In this document: piece after piece, positions 9,559-18,555 of the stretch
Numbering within the stretch: position 1 is the first letter of the stretch
Layout: every line of letters starts with the position of its first letter
Assembly (NCBI GenBank): GCA_964438405.1
Contig: CAYTKF010000002.1
Span: 12,404 to 76,403, forward strand
Origin: an uncultured Candidatus Saccharibacteria bacterium
GTDB taxonomy: Bacteria; Patescibacteriota; Minisyncoccia; UBA9983
Length of the DNA: 64,000 bases
Reading direction: 5' to 3'
Program-made: the position numbers and the translations under genes
Notes under the pieces: model-generated
Databases searched by the model: none
Seen by the model: only the letters and a program-made list of their open reading frames with translations
What the model was told of the DNA's origin: nothing

Positions 9559-9629
9559 GCGGATATGGTTTAGTGGCAGAACGCGACCTTCCCAAGGTTG
9601 AGATCGGGGTTCGATTCCCCGTATCCGCA
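9559..9629 (+). tRNA. tRNA-Gly(CCC)
   Basis: Cloverleaf, anticodon loop TTCCCAA, GGTTCGATTCC. Confidence 0.95.
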
Positions 9630-9630
9630 T

Positions 9631-10476
9631 GTGTTAATTATTAAAAAAGACAAAAAAGAGGAATTTTTGGAAAAAACTAAGGGCAAGTTTGAGGTTTTTT
9701 CCGCCCAAGGCGGACCCGCCTCTGGCGGAGATTCCTTTAAAAAATATCTCCTACCCCCAATAGAAGATATTGAATCCAAACCACCTAAAAAATTTGTCAT
9801 TATTGGCCTAAGTGATTGTGATTTAGAAGCAATAATTCAGCTGGATGAAATAATGACAAGGCCAGTGCGAGATTCTCTTTACTGGCAAAGAAGGGAACAG
9901 GCGATTATTGTTGGTTCAGACGACAAAAACGCAAAAAAGTTTGTTGAAGATTATAAAGAATTTTTGGAGGAAACAATGGAAGCGTTGCTTCCACTTGGAA
10001 GCGTCGCTTCCAAGTGGGCTGACTGGACGAAGTCCATGCGCCAGCTTCTGCTTGATTCCGAGCTTTTGGCAAATGCAGTTGAATGGTCTCACGACCATAA
10101 AATCTGGGACGATTTGGCAATACGATGTTTGGGCTGTGGCATTTGCACTTATGTCTGCCCACTTTGTTACTGCTTTTCAATGGAGGATAGTGTCGGGTTT
10201 GATGGTGTATGTAAAAGATGCAAAAAATGGGACGCTTGCACCTTGCCGAATTTTTCAAAAATCGCCGGAGGACATGATTTTAGGCCGAGCATCAAAGAAA
10301 GATATTATAACTGGTTTTACCACAAATTCGTGCGCGCCTATAAAGAATATGGTAAATCCCAATGCGTCGGCTGTGGAAGATGCAAAAGCCAGTGTCCGGC
10401 TGGCATAGATATTTATGAAGTGTTAAAAATTATTTTAGAAGATTATGGAAAATATTTATCAGCCGCAAAAAATTAA
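9631..10476 (+). CDS. hydB: Group 3b hydrogenase/sulfhydrogenase beta subunit (4Fe-4S, AsrA-like)
   Basis: CLGCGICTYVCPLCYC and CVGCGRCKSQCP; GTG start just after the tRNA. Confidence 0.85.
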   Translation: MLIIKKDKKEEFLEKTKGKFEVFSAQGGPASGGDSFKKYLLPPIEDIESKPPKKFVIIGLSDCDLEAIIQLDEIMTRPVRDSLYWQRREQAIIVGSDDKNAKKFVEDYKEFLEETMEALLPLGSVASKWADWTKSMRQLLLDSELLANAVEWSHDHKIWDDLAIRCLGCGICTYVCPLCYCFSMEDSVGFDGVCKRCKKWDACTLPNFSKIAGGHDFRPSIKERYYNWFYHKFVRAYKEYGKSQCVGCGRCKSQCPAGIDIYEVLKIILEDYGKYLSAAKN

Positions 10477-11212
10477 AATAAAAAAAGTTGAGGAACTTTC
10501 GCCAACCGTGAAGTTATTTCGGTTGGCGGGTAATTTTGTTTTTAAGCCTGGGCAATTCTTTCTGCTTGGCAGAATCGGTTATGGCGAGGCGCCGTTCGGC
10601 GCGCTTTCATCGCCGTACGAAAAAGATTATTTGGAATTTGCGATACGAGCCGTTGGAACTGTCACTAATTTTTTGCATACCCTAAAAAACGGCGATGAAA
10701 TTGAAATCCGGGGTCCGTTTGGCAATGGATTTCCTTTGGATTTTATAGAAAATAAAGATATTGTCATGGTCAGCGGTGGTTCCGGTATTCCGCCAATCGC
10801 GTCGCTTACAGAATACATTATCAAAAACCGCGAAAAATTTAAAAATGTTTATCTGCTTTACGGTTCAAAAACAGAAGAAGAAATTTTACTAAAAGACAGA
10901 TTTGAAAAATGGGGCGAGGCGCGAGTAAAAGTTATGATGCTCGCCGGCGGATTTGTAACTGACTTAATAAAAGATATAAACGTTGACGAGCAAAATGCCG
11001 TTTGCCTAATGTGCGGACCCGGGCCAATGACAGATGCCATAGAAAAAGTTATAAGGCCGCTCGGCATTTCCGACAGGAGAATTTTTGTAAGCATTGAACG
11101 CAGGATGCAGTGCGGAATAGGCAAGTGCCAGCATTGCACAACAGGAAGCAAATACACCTGTCTCGACGGTCCAGTGTTTTATTATGACGAAATAGACAAA
11201 AACTGGGATTAA
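10445..11212 (+). CDS. hydG: Sulfhydrogenase gamma subunit (FAD/NAD-binding, 2Fe-2S)
   Basis: FKPGQF, RGPFGNGF, GGSGIPP, CGPGPM, MQCGIGKCQHC..CLDGPVF. Confidence 0.88.
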   Translation: MENIYQPQKIKIKKVEELSPTVKLFRLAGNFVFKPGQFFLLGRIGYGEAPFGALSSPYEKDYLEFAIRAVGTVTNFLHTLKNGDEIEIRGPFGNGFPLDFIENKDIVMVSGGSGIPPIASLTEYIIKNREKFKNVYLLYGSKTEEEILLKDRFEKWGEARVKVMMLAGGFVTDLIKDINVDEQNAVCLMCGPGPMTDAIEKVIRPLGISDRRIFVSIERRMQCGIGKCQHCTTGSKYTCLDGPVFYYDEIDKNWD

Positions 11213-11286
11213 ACCACTGGGCTTGCTTTTCCCCTAGTATTTATTATCTTGGAACTAGAGGATTTTGCTGAAAGGAGGTGAGGAAT

Positions 11287-11667
11287 ATGACTATCAGCGA
11301 TCTCCAACAATTTGCTCTTAAGGTAGCCGGGCTCACGGCTGAGTATTTCGGGAGCATGGACACGGACAAGGTTCGTTTTCTCAATGAAATCTCAAGGGTC
11401 GTCAGGAGGAAAAAAGATGTAGCCACTCTGACTTGTTTCAATAGCCACATTCTTGTCTTCTGGCAAGGACGACAGAACACCATTTTTTCTCTTCTAAAAG
11501 AAGGAAGAAATGAATTGCCTGACAGCGAGATGATTGACTGGCGAAATGAAGCCCATGAGCATTTCAAAAGATTCTCTCACTTGAGATTTCAGGTGAGGGT
11601 TGGACGGATAGAATCAATTGTTGAAGAAATTCAAAAAATTGTTGACACCATCCGTCATGCTCCCTAA
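11287..11667 (+). CDS. Hypothetical ORFan inserted in the hydrogenase operon
   Basis: AAGGAGGTG SD, clean ORF, no recognisable motif. Confidence 0.65.
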   Translation: MTISDLQQFALKVAGLTAEYFGSMDTDKVRFLNEISRVVRRKKDVATLTCFNSHILVFWQGRQNTIFSLLKEGRNELPDSEMIDWRNEAHEHFKRFSHLRFQVRVGRIESIVEEIQKIVDTIRHAP

Positions 11668-11731
11668 GGGGTTCTTTGATAACAAAGACCCCTTTCTGTT
11701 TAATACGGCTACCAAATGTTATAATTATTTT

Positions 11732-12475
11732 ATGAAACCCAAAGTTGCAATTTATGATTTTACAGACTGCGAGGGATGCGAAGTGAAGCTTATTTCTCTG
11801 CGCGAGAAATTACTTTTGATTGAAGATAAATTAAATATTGTTAACTGGCGTTTTGGTCAGGAAAAATTTAATGCCGGGCCCTATGACATTACAATTATAG
11901 AGGGAACGCCTATTACAGAAAGCGAAGTTAAATTATTAAAAGAATTAAGGCAAAATTCAAAAGTTTTAATTGCTCTTGGCGCCTGCGCTGGACTGGGCGG
12001 CATTCCCGCAATCATTCCGCAAAAAGACAGAAAATTTTGGTACGATAAAATTTACACTTCGCAATACACGCCCCAGGGCATAGACGCCTTACCGCTCTCT
12101 GCTTACGTACCAATTGATTTTACTATTCACGGATGTCCGGTTGATGAAAATGAGGTGGTGCGTGTCGTGGAGGAACTTTTAAGCGGTAAAAAACCACATT
12201 ACAGGGGCTATTCCGTATGTTTTGAGTGCAAGCTGGCTGGCAACGAGTGCAGAATAATAAATAACAAGCCGTGTCTTGGTCCCATAACGCAAGGCGGATG
12301 CAATGCAGTTTGTATCACGGGCGGCTCGCCGTGTTACGGATGTTTTGGTTTGCGAAGCGAGGCAAATATTCCAGCGCTTATAAAAATTTTAGAAAAACTA
12401 ACTAATATTAAGGTTGTAGAAAATTATCTCAGTATGTTTCATAATAGAACAAAAGAAATAAAAAATGATCACTAA
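11732..12475 (+). CDS. hydD: NiFe hydrogenase small (delta) subunit
   Basis: FTDCEGC, ALGACA..GG, IHGCP, CLGP..GGC...C...CYGC. Confidence 0.9.
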   Translation: MKPKVAIYDFTDCEGCEVKLISLREKLLLIEDKLNIVNWRFGQEKFNAGPYDITIIEGTPITESEVKLLKELRQNSKVLIALGACAGLGGIPAIIPQKDRKFWYDKIYTSQYTPQGIDALPLSAYVPIDFTIHGCPVDENEVVRVVEELLSGKKPHYRGYSVCFECKLAGNECRIINNKPCLGPITQGGCNAVCITGGSPCYGCFGLRSEANIPALIKILEKLTNIKVVENYLSMFHNRTKEIKNDH

Positions 12476-13667
12476 CGAATTTATCGCAAAAATTGAGGGA
12501 CACGGAAGTTTAAAAATTGATTGGAGCGCAGGCAAAGTTAAACTTCATATTGACGAAGGCGAACGGCTTTTTGAAGGAATTTTAGTTAATAGGCCGGCAG
12601 AAAATGCTTCATGGATAACTCCGCGCATCTGCGGAGTTTGCCCGATTGCGCACAATCTTGCTTCGCTTTCTGCAATAGAAGACGCGCTTGGCATTAAAAT
12701 AACAGAAACTTCACAATTTTTAAGAGATTTAATGCAAACAGTTCAAATGATGCAAAGTCATGTCCTGCATTTGTTTTTTCTTGCCTTGCCGGATTATATC
12801 AGGATTGACAGAGGCACAGAATTAGCAAAAAAAGAACCTAACGCATTTAAAAAGGCATTGTTTATAAAAGAAATAAGCGATGAGATTGCAAGTGTTGTTG
12901 CCGGCAGAAATGTTCATCCCACAACAACAACCATCGGCGGATTTCATAAAATCCCTTCAAAAAAACAGCTTGAAAATCTGCTTAAAAAACTGGAAAAAGG
13001 CGAAAAAGATGCGGAATGGGTGCCGAAATATTTTTCTAAATTAAAATATCCGAAGTTAAAAGTTGATTTGGAACTGGTGGCAATCAGCGGAGACGAAGTT
13101 GTTTCTAATAAAGGCGGTAAATTTTTGATAAAAGATTACAAACAAAATATTGAGGAAGAATTACGAGATTATTCCACGGCTAAGTTCGGCAAACTTCAGG
13201 GCAGAGAGATAATGGTAGGGGCGTTGGCGAGATTAGCTCACTTGGAAGCGTCGCTTCCAAGTGGAAGCATCGCTTCCAAATTGGACTTTTCCAATCCCTT
13301 TCACAACAATCTCGCTCAGGCAATTGAAATAGAAATGTTTTATAAAAAGGCCGAGAAAATTATAAAAAAATTATTAAGCATAGAAATGGATAATAAAATA
13401 ATTCCAGCGTCAATTAGCGACGGTGCAGGTATCGGCGCAGTTGAGGCGCCCAGGGGCGGGCTTTACCATGAAATTCATGTCAATCAAGAGGGGATTGTCA
13501 CTTACGCAAATATTGTTACTCCAACAGTGCAAAATTTAACTTCTATAGAAAAATCAGCACAAGAATTATTAAATCAGACGAAAAAATTGGATAATAAAGA
13601 GAGAGAAAGATTATTGAACATGCTCGTCCGCAGCTACGACCCGTGCATAACCTGCTCAGTGCATTAA
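12465..13667 (+). CDS. hydA: NiFe hydrogenase large (alpha) subunit, group 3b-like
   Basis: IEGHG, PRICGVCPIAH (L1), EAPRGGLYH, SYDPCITCSVH* (L2). Confidence 0.92.
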   Translation: MITNEFIAKIEGHGSLKIDWSAGKVKLHIDEGERLFEGILVNRPAENASWITPRICGVCPIAHNLASLSAIEDALGIKITETSQFLRDLMQTVQMMQSHVLHLFFLALPDYIRIDRGTELAKKEPNAFKKALFIKEISDEIASVVAGRNVHPTTTTIGGFHKIPSKKQLENLLKKLEKGEKDAEWVPKYFSKLKYPKLKVDLELVAISGDEVVSNKGGKFLIKDYKQNIEEELRDYSTAKFGKLQGREIMVGALARLAHLEASLPSGSIASKLDFSNPFHNNLAQAIEIEMFYKKAEKIIKKLLSIEMDNKIIPASISDGAGIGAVEAPRGGLYHEIHVNQEGIVTYANIVTPTVQNLTSIEKSAQELLNQTKKLDNKERERLLNMLVRSYDPCITCSVH

Positions 13668-13699
13668 TTTTAAAAACAAAAAACGCCAGTGCTATAAAG

Positions 13700-14365
13700 T
13701 TAAACTTTATTCCTGGCGCGAAGCTTGTTAAACTTATCAAGAGAACGATGCGTCAGAACCGTAACGGCCCTGGCGTCAACAATATCGAGTTTTTCTATTA
13801 TGTGAGAAAAATGAATTGTTACTGGATCGCCGGCCTTAAGTTTGGCGAAAAAAATATTTTTTACTTCTTTCTGGTTTGGTCTTTCAGCAAGAACTAATTT
13901 CTTGTCGCGAATTTCAACGGGAAAATATTTTACAACAACTCTGTCAGGAAATATTCCGTTGACAACCGCCTGGTGTACAAAGCAGTCATCCACAAGGTTA
14001 ACGTCAATATGTTCGGAGGGAAGATTACTGATCGGCATGAGCGTGGTAAAATTGTGCCACAGCTCGCCGTCCAATTTCGGCCTTCCCCGCCAGTAATAAG
14101 AGATAACTCGCTGGTCAAACGGGTCCTCGACACCGTTTATTTCAGCTATGGTTTTGTAAAACCTATAGCTGTCAAATCTCTCAAGGATATTTCTGGCCGA
14201 ATCTTCTTTTAAATTCCCCAAAGAAAATTCCCTTAATCTTTCAGCCATGCCAAAATGCTTGGCGTGCTGGCAGTTAAAAGAATACCGGCATGCCAACTGC
14301 AATCCCTCTCGGTTCATCTCCTCATGTTCCTCTCTTGAATTAAATGTGCTGGGTATGTTTTCCAT
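13700..14365 (-). CDS. Hydrogenase-associated hypothetical protein (DUF6390-like)
   Basis: GLQLACRYSF, IAEING.EDPFD.RV..YW.G, HNF; HypC-like tail GDPVTIHF. Confidence 0.6.
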   Translation of the reverse strand: MENIPSTFNSREEHEEMNREGLQLACRYSFNCQHAKHFGMAERLREFSLGNLKEDSARNILERFDSYRFYKTIAEINGVEDPFDQRVISYYWRGRPKLDGELWHNFTTLMPISNLPSEHIDVNLVDDCFVHQAVVNGIFPDRVVVKYFPVEIRDKKLVLAERPNQKEVKNIFFAKLKAGDPVTIHFSHIIEKLDIVDARAVTVLTHRSLDKFNKLRARNKV

Positions 14366-14561
14366 TTACCAATTTTAAGATTTTTTTTGCCTCTGTCAAT
14401 GGAATTTTGTTAATAGCCATATCGCCGTGCGCAAGAATGTAATCGCCGACTTTCGGATATTTTATCAAACTTAAATCAACTGTATGGCTGTGGTTATACG
14501 AACCAACCACAGCTGTTTTGCCTTTAATCTTTAATATTTTCATCGGCGTTGCTAAACACAT
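14340..14561 (-). CDS. hypC: Hydrogenase chaperone HypC/HupF
   Basis: MCLATP..., VGDYILAHGDMA. Confidence 0.9.
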   Translation of the reverse strand: MCLATPMKILKIKGKTAVVGSYNHSHTVDLSLIKYPKVGDYILAHGDMAINKIPLTEAKKILKLVNGKHTQHI

Positions 14562-14587
14562 AAAAATATGATAGCATAATATCCGTT

Positions 14588-14821
14588 ATGAAAAAAGTTA
14601 AAATTTATTCTACGCCTACATGCGTTTACTGCAGAATGGCTAAAGATTGGTTCAGCCAAAACAAAATATCTTTTGAAGAATACGATGTTTATATGGATGC
14701 AGAAAAAAGGAAAGAGATGATGGAAAAAACCGGTCAGATGGGAGTGCCAGTGATAATGGTTGATGAAGAAATAATTGTTGGCTTTGACAAAAAAAGGCTG
14801 GGAGAATTGCTGGAGATATAA
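14588..14821 (+). CDS. Glutaredoxin-like protein (NrdH/YruB)
   Basis: YSTPTCVYC, GQMGVPVI, VGFD. Confidence 0.9.
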   Translation: MKKVKIYSTPTCVYCRMAKDWFSQNKISFEEYDVYMDAEKRKEMMEKTGQMGVPVIMVDEEIIVGFDKKRLGELLEI

Positions 14822-14829
14822 ATTGGTGA

Positions 14830-14901
14830 GCCCTTGTAGCTCAACGGATAGAGCAATCCCGTCCTAAGGGAGAGATACGGGTTCAATTCCTGTCGAGGGC
14901 A
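14830..14901 (+). tRNA. tRNA-Arg(CCT)
   Basis: Cloverleaf, anticodon loop GTCCTAA. Confidence 0.9.
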
Positions 14902-14903
14902 TA

Positions 14904-14974
14904 GGGCCTATAGTATAGTGGCAGAACATCTCCATGGCATGGAGAAGGTCGGGGTTCGATTCCCCGTAGGTCCA
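14904..14974 (+). tRNA. tRNA-Ala(GGC)
   Basis: Anticodon loop ATGGCAT, G3:U70 pair. Confidence 0.93.
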
Positions 14975-14995
14975 AAGATGTGCTAATATTTATTT

Positions 14996-15235
14996 ATGCC
15001 AAACGAAGAATTAAAACAATTACTTAAACAGAATCTTGAAGTTTCGGAAGAAAGTTTAAAGATTTTGAAAAAGTTAAATAAGAGCAGAAGAATGGGTAGT
15101 TTATTTTTTGTTTTTAAGTGGTTGATTATTATAGGTTTGGCAATCGGCGCGTTTTACTATCTTGAACCGTATATAAACCAGATCAAAACAATGTACAGCC
15201 AAGTGCAGGATTTGCAGAAAATAATGCCGAAGTAG
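14996..15235 (+). CDS. Small membrane protein (hypothetical)
   Basis: One TM segment; stop codon lies inside the tRNA-Phe 5' end. Confidence 0.7.
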   Translation: MPNEELKQLLKQNLEVSEESLKILKKLNKSRRMGSLFFVFKWLIIIGLAIGAFYYLEPYINQIKTMYSQVQDLQKIMPK

Positions 15236-15297
15236 CTCAGTGGTAGAGCATTTCTCTGAAAAAGAAAGGGCCGTGAGTTCGATTCTCACCTTCGGCA
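15226..15297 (+). tRNA. tRNA-Phe(GAA)
   Basis: Cloverleaf, anticodon loop CTGAAAA. Confidence 0.95.
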
Positions 15298-15314
15298 AAT
15301 TAAAAAGAAAATAT

Positions 15315-15767
15315 TTAGTCTCCTTTGATTTTGAGTTTTTGAATTCTTTCTTTGTCTAATTTTGGAAGTTTTATGCTGAGCATGCCGTCTTTTATGGAGG
15401 CATCGGCTTCATCCGGATCAACTTCCTGAGGAAGCAGAATTGAGCGCGAAAACGTTCCCCAGTAAAGCTCCTGGTAAAAATAATTTTCCCTTTCCACCCG
15501 GCGCCTGTCTTCGCGCTTTCCCTTAATGGTTACCATGTCGTGGGTGATGGTGACATCCAAATCTTCCGGTTTGAGGCCGGCTACAAACGATTGGATTATA
15601 ATTTCCGTTGGCGTCTGATAAACATCCATTGTCAGCTCAGCTTCCTCGTTTTCCTCTTCAATTTCTTTCATAAGATTCTTATTATCTACCGGCTCAAGAG
15701 AAAAAACATCTTCCTCATCTTCTCTCTGGCTACCTGTTAATTTCTCAAAAAAGGATTTCTTGTTCAT
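15315..15767 (-). CDS. Hsp20/alpha-crystallin small heat shock protein
   Basis: DVYQT, GTFSRSILLP, DGMLSIKLPK. Confidence 0.92.
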   Translation of the reverse strand: MNKKSFFEKLTGSQREDEEDVFSLEPVDNKNLMKEIEEENEEAELTMDVYQTPTEIIIQSFVAGLKPEDLDVTITHDMVTIKGKREDRRRVERENYFYQELYWGTFSRSILLPQEVDPDEADASIKDGMLSIKLPKLDKERIQKLKIKGD

Positions 15768-15781
15768 AAATTTTTATAATT

Positions 15782-16447
15782 TTATTTTTTAATTCTTTTA
15801 ATTTTTTCAAAAATAAAGAAGATAATAATAATAAAAAACCAAAGCGGGATGAAAATTTTTAAAACATTTTCTCCGCCGTTATTAATTATAAAGTAATTAA
15901 AAAGAAAGTGCAAAAAACTTGCCAGCAATAATCCGCCGGCCAGGTTAATTTTGCGGTTTTCGCGGTGAAAAAACGAAAAGGCTAAGCTTGCACCCACAAC
16001 CGCTGAAGAGGCAGTATGGAGCAGCGTGGCTCCAATAAAGCGCAGATTGCCCGTAATTAACCCGGAGAGCATACCTCCAGCAGAAAAATCTTTAAACATA
16101 AAAAGAATGTTTTCCAGACAGGCAAATCCGAGCGCTGCTGTTATCAAATAAACCAGGGCATCTACGGGCTCGTCATAAGACGGCCTTCTTAAGGCAGCCC
16201 TATTGGCTGCGTAATATTTTGTGAATTCTTCTATTATGGCCCAGAAGAAGTACATAATTGCACCGGCAAAATAAAGTTTGACTGCGTATTCCAAAACAAG
16301 AGCAAAAGCAACAGCCATCATGCCGTATAAAAAAGTCAGAAGAAGAATTTTTTTGGGTTCAGGGTGCGGGTCCTCCCTTAACCAGAACCAAAGCCACAAA
16401 ATAGCGGGAATAAGTCCTCCGGCAATTGCGAATAAAATATTGTTCAT
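15782..16447 (-). CDS. prsW: PrsW-family intramembrane metalloprotease
   Basis: EEFTK, ALGFACLEN, LLH, LHFLFN. Confidence 0.85.
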   Translation of the reverse strand: MNNILFAIAGGLIPAILWLWFWLREDPHPEPKKILLLTFLYGMMAVAFALVLEYAVKLYFAGAIMYFFWAIIEEFTKYYAANRAALRRPSYDEPVDALVYLITAALGFACLENILFMFKDFSAGGMLSGLITGNLRFIGATLLHTASSAVVGASLAFSFFHRENRKINLAGGLLLASFLHFLFNYFIINNGGENVLKIFIPLWFFIIIIFFIFEKIKRIKK

Positions 16448-16449
16448 AT

Positions 16450-18555
16450 TTACTCCGGCCATTTTTCTATAATTAATAAATTATTTTTGTTCATCATGCT
16501 CCAGATTTCTTCTGTAATAAAGGGCATAAAAGGATGGAGAAGTGCAATGCATTTTGAAAAAATTTCATACATTGCTGTTTGCGAAATTTCTTCCTTTTTA
16601 TTCTCTTCTATTATTTTATCGCAGAAAGTGTGCCAAAAATAGTGATAAATTTTTTCCGCCGCCATGTAAAATTTAAAATTATCCATATCTTTGGTGATTG
16701 CCACGCATATTTTTTTAAATTCAGCCAAATATTTTTTATCCGCCTTCGCGCTTCGCGCTTCGGCGGACAAGTCTTTTTTACTCAGTACAAATCTTGCTGC
16801 GTTCCAAATTTTATTGGCAAAATTTTTATAGCCTTTTATTCTGTCTTCACTCAAGGCCAGCGATGTGTCTGGTGTGTTGCCGACAACCAAGCCGATTCTT
16901 AGGGCGTCAGTACCGAATTTTTTAGTCATATCAAGTGGGGTAATGACGTTGCCTTTACTTTTACTCATTTTTTGACCCTTGGCATCCAAAATCAGGCCGT
17001 GCATATAAACCGTATTAAACGGTAATTTTCCTGTGACATAAAGTCCGAGCATGAGCATTCTTGCCACCCAATGAAAAATATCGCCGCCGGTTTCAAGCAC
17101 GCTTGTTGGATAAAATTCTTTAAAATCTTTTCCACCCGGATAGCCGAGAGTCGCGAATGGCCACTGACCCGAGGAAAACCAGGTATCAAAAGTATCGTTG
17201 TCTTTTCTTACTTCGCCACCGCACTTGTCACATTTTGTTATTTTGTCTTCAAGATCAACGAATCCTTTTTCACACTTGTCGCAAATTTTCGCGGGAATGG
17301 GAATACCCCAGACAATTTGGCGGGAAATATTCCAATCAATAATATTTAGAAACCAATGGGAGGTGATTTTTTTGTAATGTTCGGGAATATAAATAATTTT
17401 ATCGGTATTTACTTTCTGGAGAGCCCCTTCCGCAAGCGGTTTCATTTTGACAAACCATTGGTTTTGAATTTGCGGTTCTATCGTCGTGCCGCACTTGTAG
17501 CAGGTGTGAACAACGTGTTTGTAGTTTTCATTAATTTTGACAACCAGGCCCTTGCCTTTAAGTTTTTCAATAATAAATGGGCGGGCTTTTTTGATGTGCA
17601 TTCCGGCGAATTCACCGGCAATCGGCAAAAGCTTTCCGCTCTCGTCAATAATTTGCTCTTTATCGAGGTTGTGCCGCGCGGCGATTTCAAAGTCAACCGG
17701 GTCGTGCCAAGGGGTGATTGTCATAACGCCGGTGCCGAAATCCATGTCAATCGCTTCATCTTTGACGATAGTCGCGGTAATCGGCCCGTTAATCCACTCA
17801 AGCTCAATTTTTTGGCCGTCTTTGTATTGCGTATATCGTTTATCTTTCGGATGCATTACGACATATTTATCTCCGAATTTTGTCTCTGGGCGCGACGTTG
17901 AAATTATAAATGGACCATATTTTAAGTAGTAATACGGTTCTGTTTTTTCTTCGTCTTTTATTTCAATATCGGCAAAAGATGTTTGATGTTTTGGACACCA
18001 ACTTATTATTCTTTTACCACGGTAAAGTAAGTTGTCATCAGATAGTTTTTTGAACGTGTTATAGACGGTTTTTATTATATTTGGGTCAAGAGTGAATTTT
18101 TCGCGCGACCAATCACAAGACGCGCCCATGGTCCGAATTTGTGACTCTATTTTTTTTGAATTATTTAGAGTAAATTCAAGGATTTCCTGATAAAGCCTTT
18201 TTGGTTCAATTTCAAATCGCGAACGGCCTTCTTTTTCTAGTTGTTTTTCGTAGACAACCTGGGTTTCAAAACCTGCATGGTCAAGACCTGGAAGCCACAG
18301 AGTTTTAAAGCCCCGCATTCTTTTATAACGGGTCATAATATCTTCAATAGTTAAAACAAGCGCGTGTCCTGCGTGCAGAGAACCGTTGGCATTGGTCGGG
18401 GGCATAATAATACAAAAGTTTTTCTTAGAATTTGGATTGTCAGCCCTAGGCTGATGCGCCTCGGGCGCAAAAAACCCGGACTTCTCCCATTTCTCATAAA
18501 TTTTTTCTTCAGTTAATTTTGGATCGTATGGTTTTAAAAGTTTATCGGGAATCAT
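16450..18555 (-). CDS. valS: Valine--tRNA ligase (short, no C-terminal coiled coil)
   Basis: LHAGH, PGLDHAG, DWNISRQIVWG, DTFDTWFSS, KMSKS. Confidence 0.95.
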   Translation of the reverse strand: MIPDKLLKPYDPKLTEEKIYEKWEKSGFFAPEAHQPRADNPNSKKNFCIIMPPTNANGSLHAGHALVLTIEDIMTRYKRMRGFKTLWLPGLDHAGFETQVVYEKQLEKEGRSRFEIEPKRLYQEILEFTLNNSKKIESQIRTMGASCDWSREKFTLDPNIIKTVYNTFKKLSDDNLLYRGKRIISWCPKHQTSFADIEIKDEEKTEPYYYLKYGPFIISTSRPETKFGDKYVVMHPKDKRYTQYKDGQKIELEWINGPITATIVKDEAIDMDFGTGVMTITPWHDPVDFEIAARHNLDKEQIIDESGKLLPIAGEFAGMHIKKARPFIIEKLKGKGLVVKINENYKHVVHTCYKCGTTIEPQIQNQWFVKMKPLAEGALQKVNTDKIIYIPEHYKKITSHWFLNIIDWNISRQIVWGIPIPAKICDKCEKGFVDLEDKITKCDKCGGEVRKDNDTFDTWFSSGQWPFATLGYPGGKDFKEFYPTSVLETGGDIFHWVARMLMLGLYVTGKLPFNTVYMHGLILDAKGQKMSKSKGNVITPLDMTKKFGTDALRIGLVVGNTPDTSLALSEDRIKGYKNFANKIWNAARFVLSKKDLSAEARSAKADKKYLAEFKKICVAITKDMDNFKFYMAAEKIYHYFWHTFCDKIIEENKKEEISQTAMYEIFSKCIALLHPFMPFITEEIWSMMNKNNLLIIEKWPE

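Noticed and set aside
9598-9630. ORF-track starts inside tRNAs (also 21351, 58492, 63214)
   Set aside because: These extensions run through tRNA genes; downstream starts were used instead
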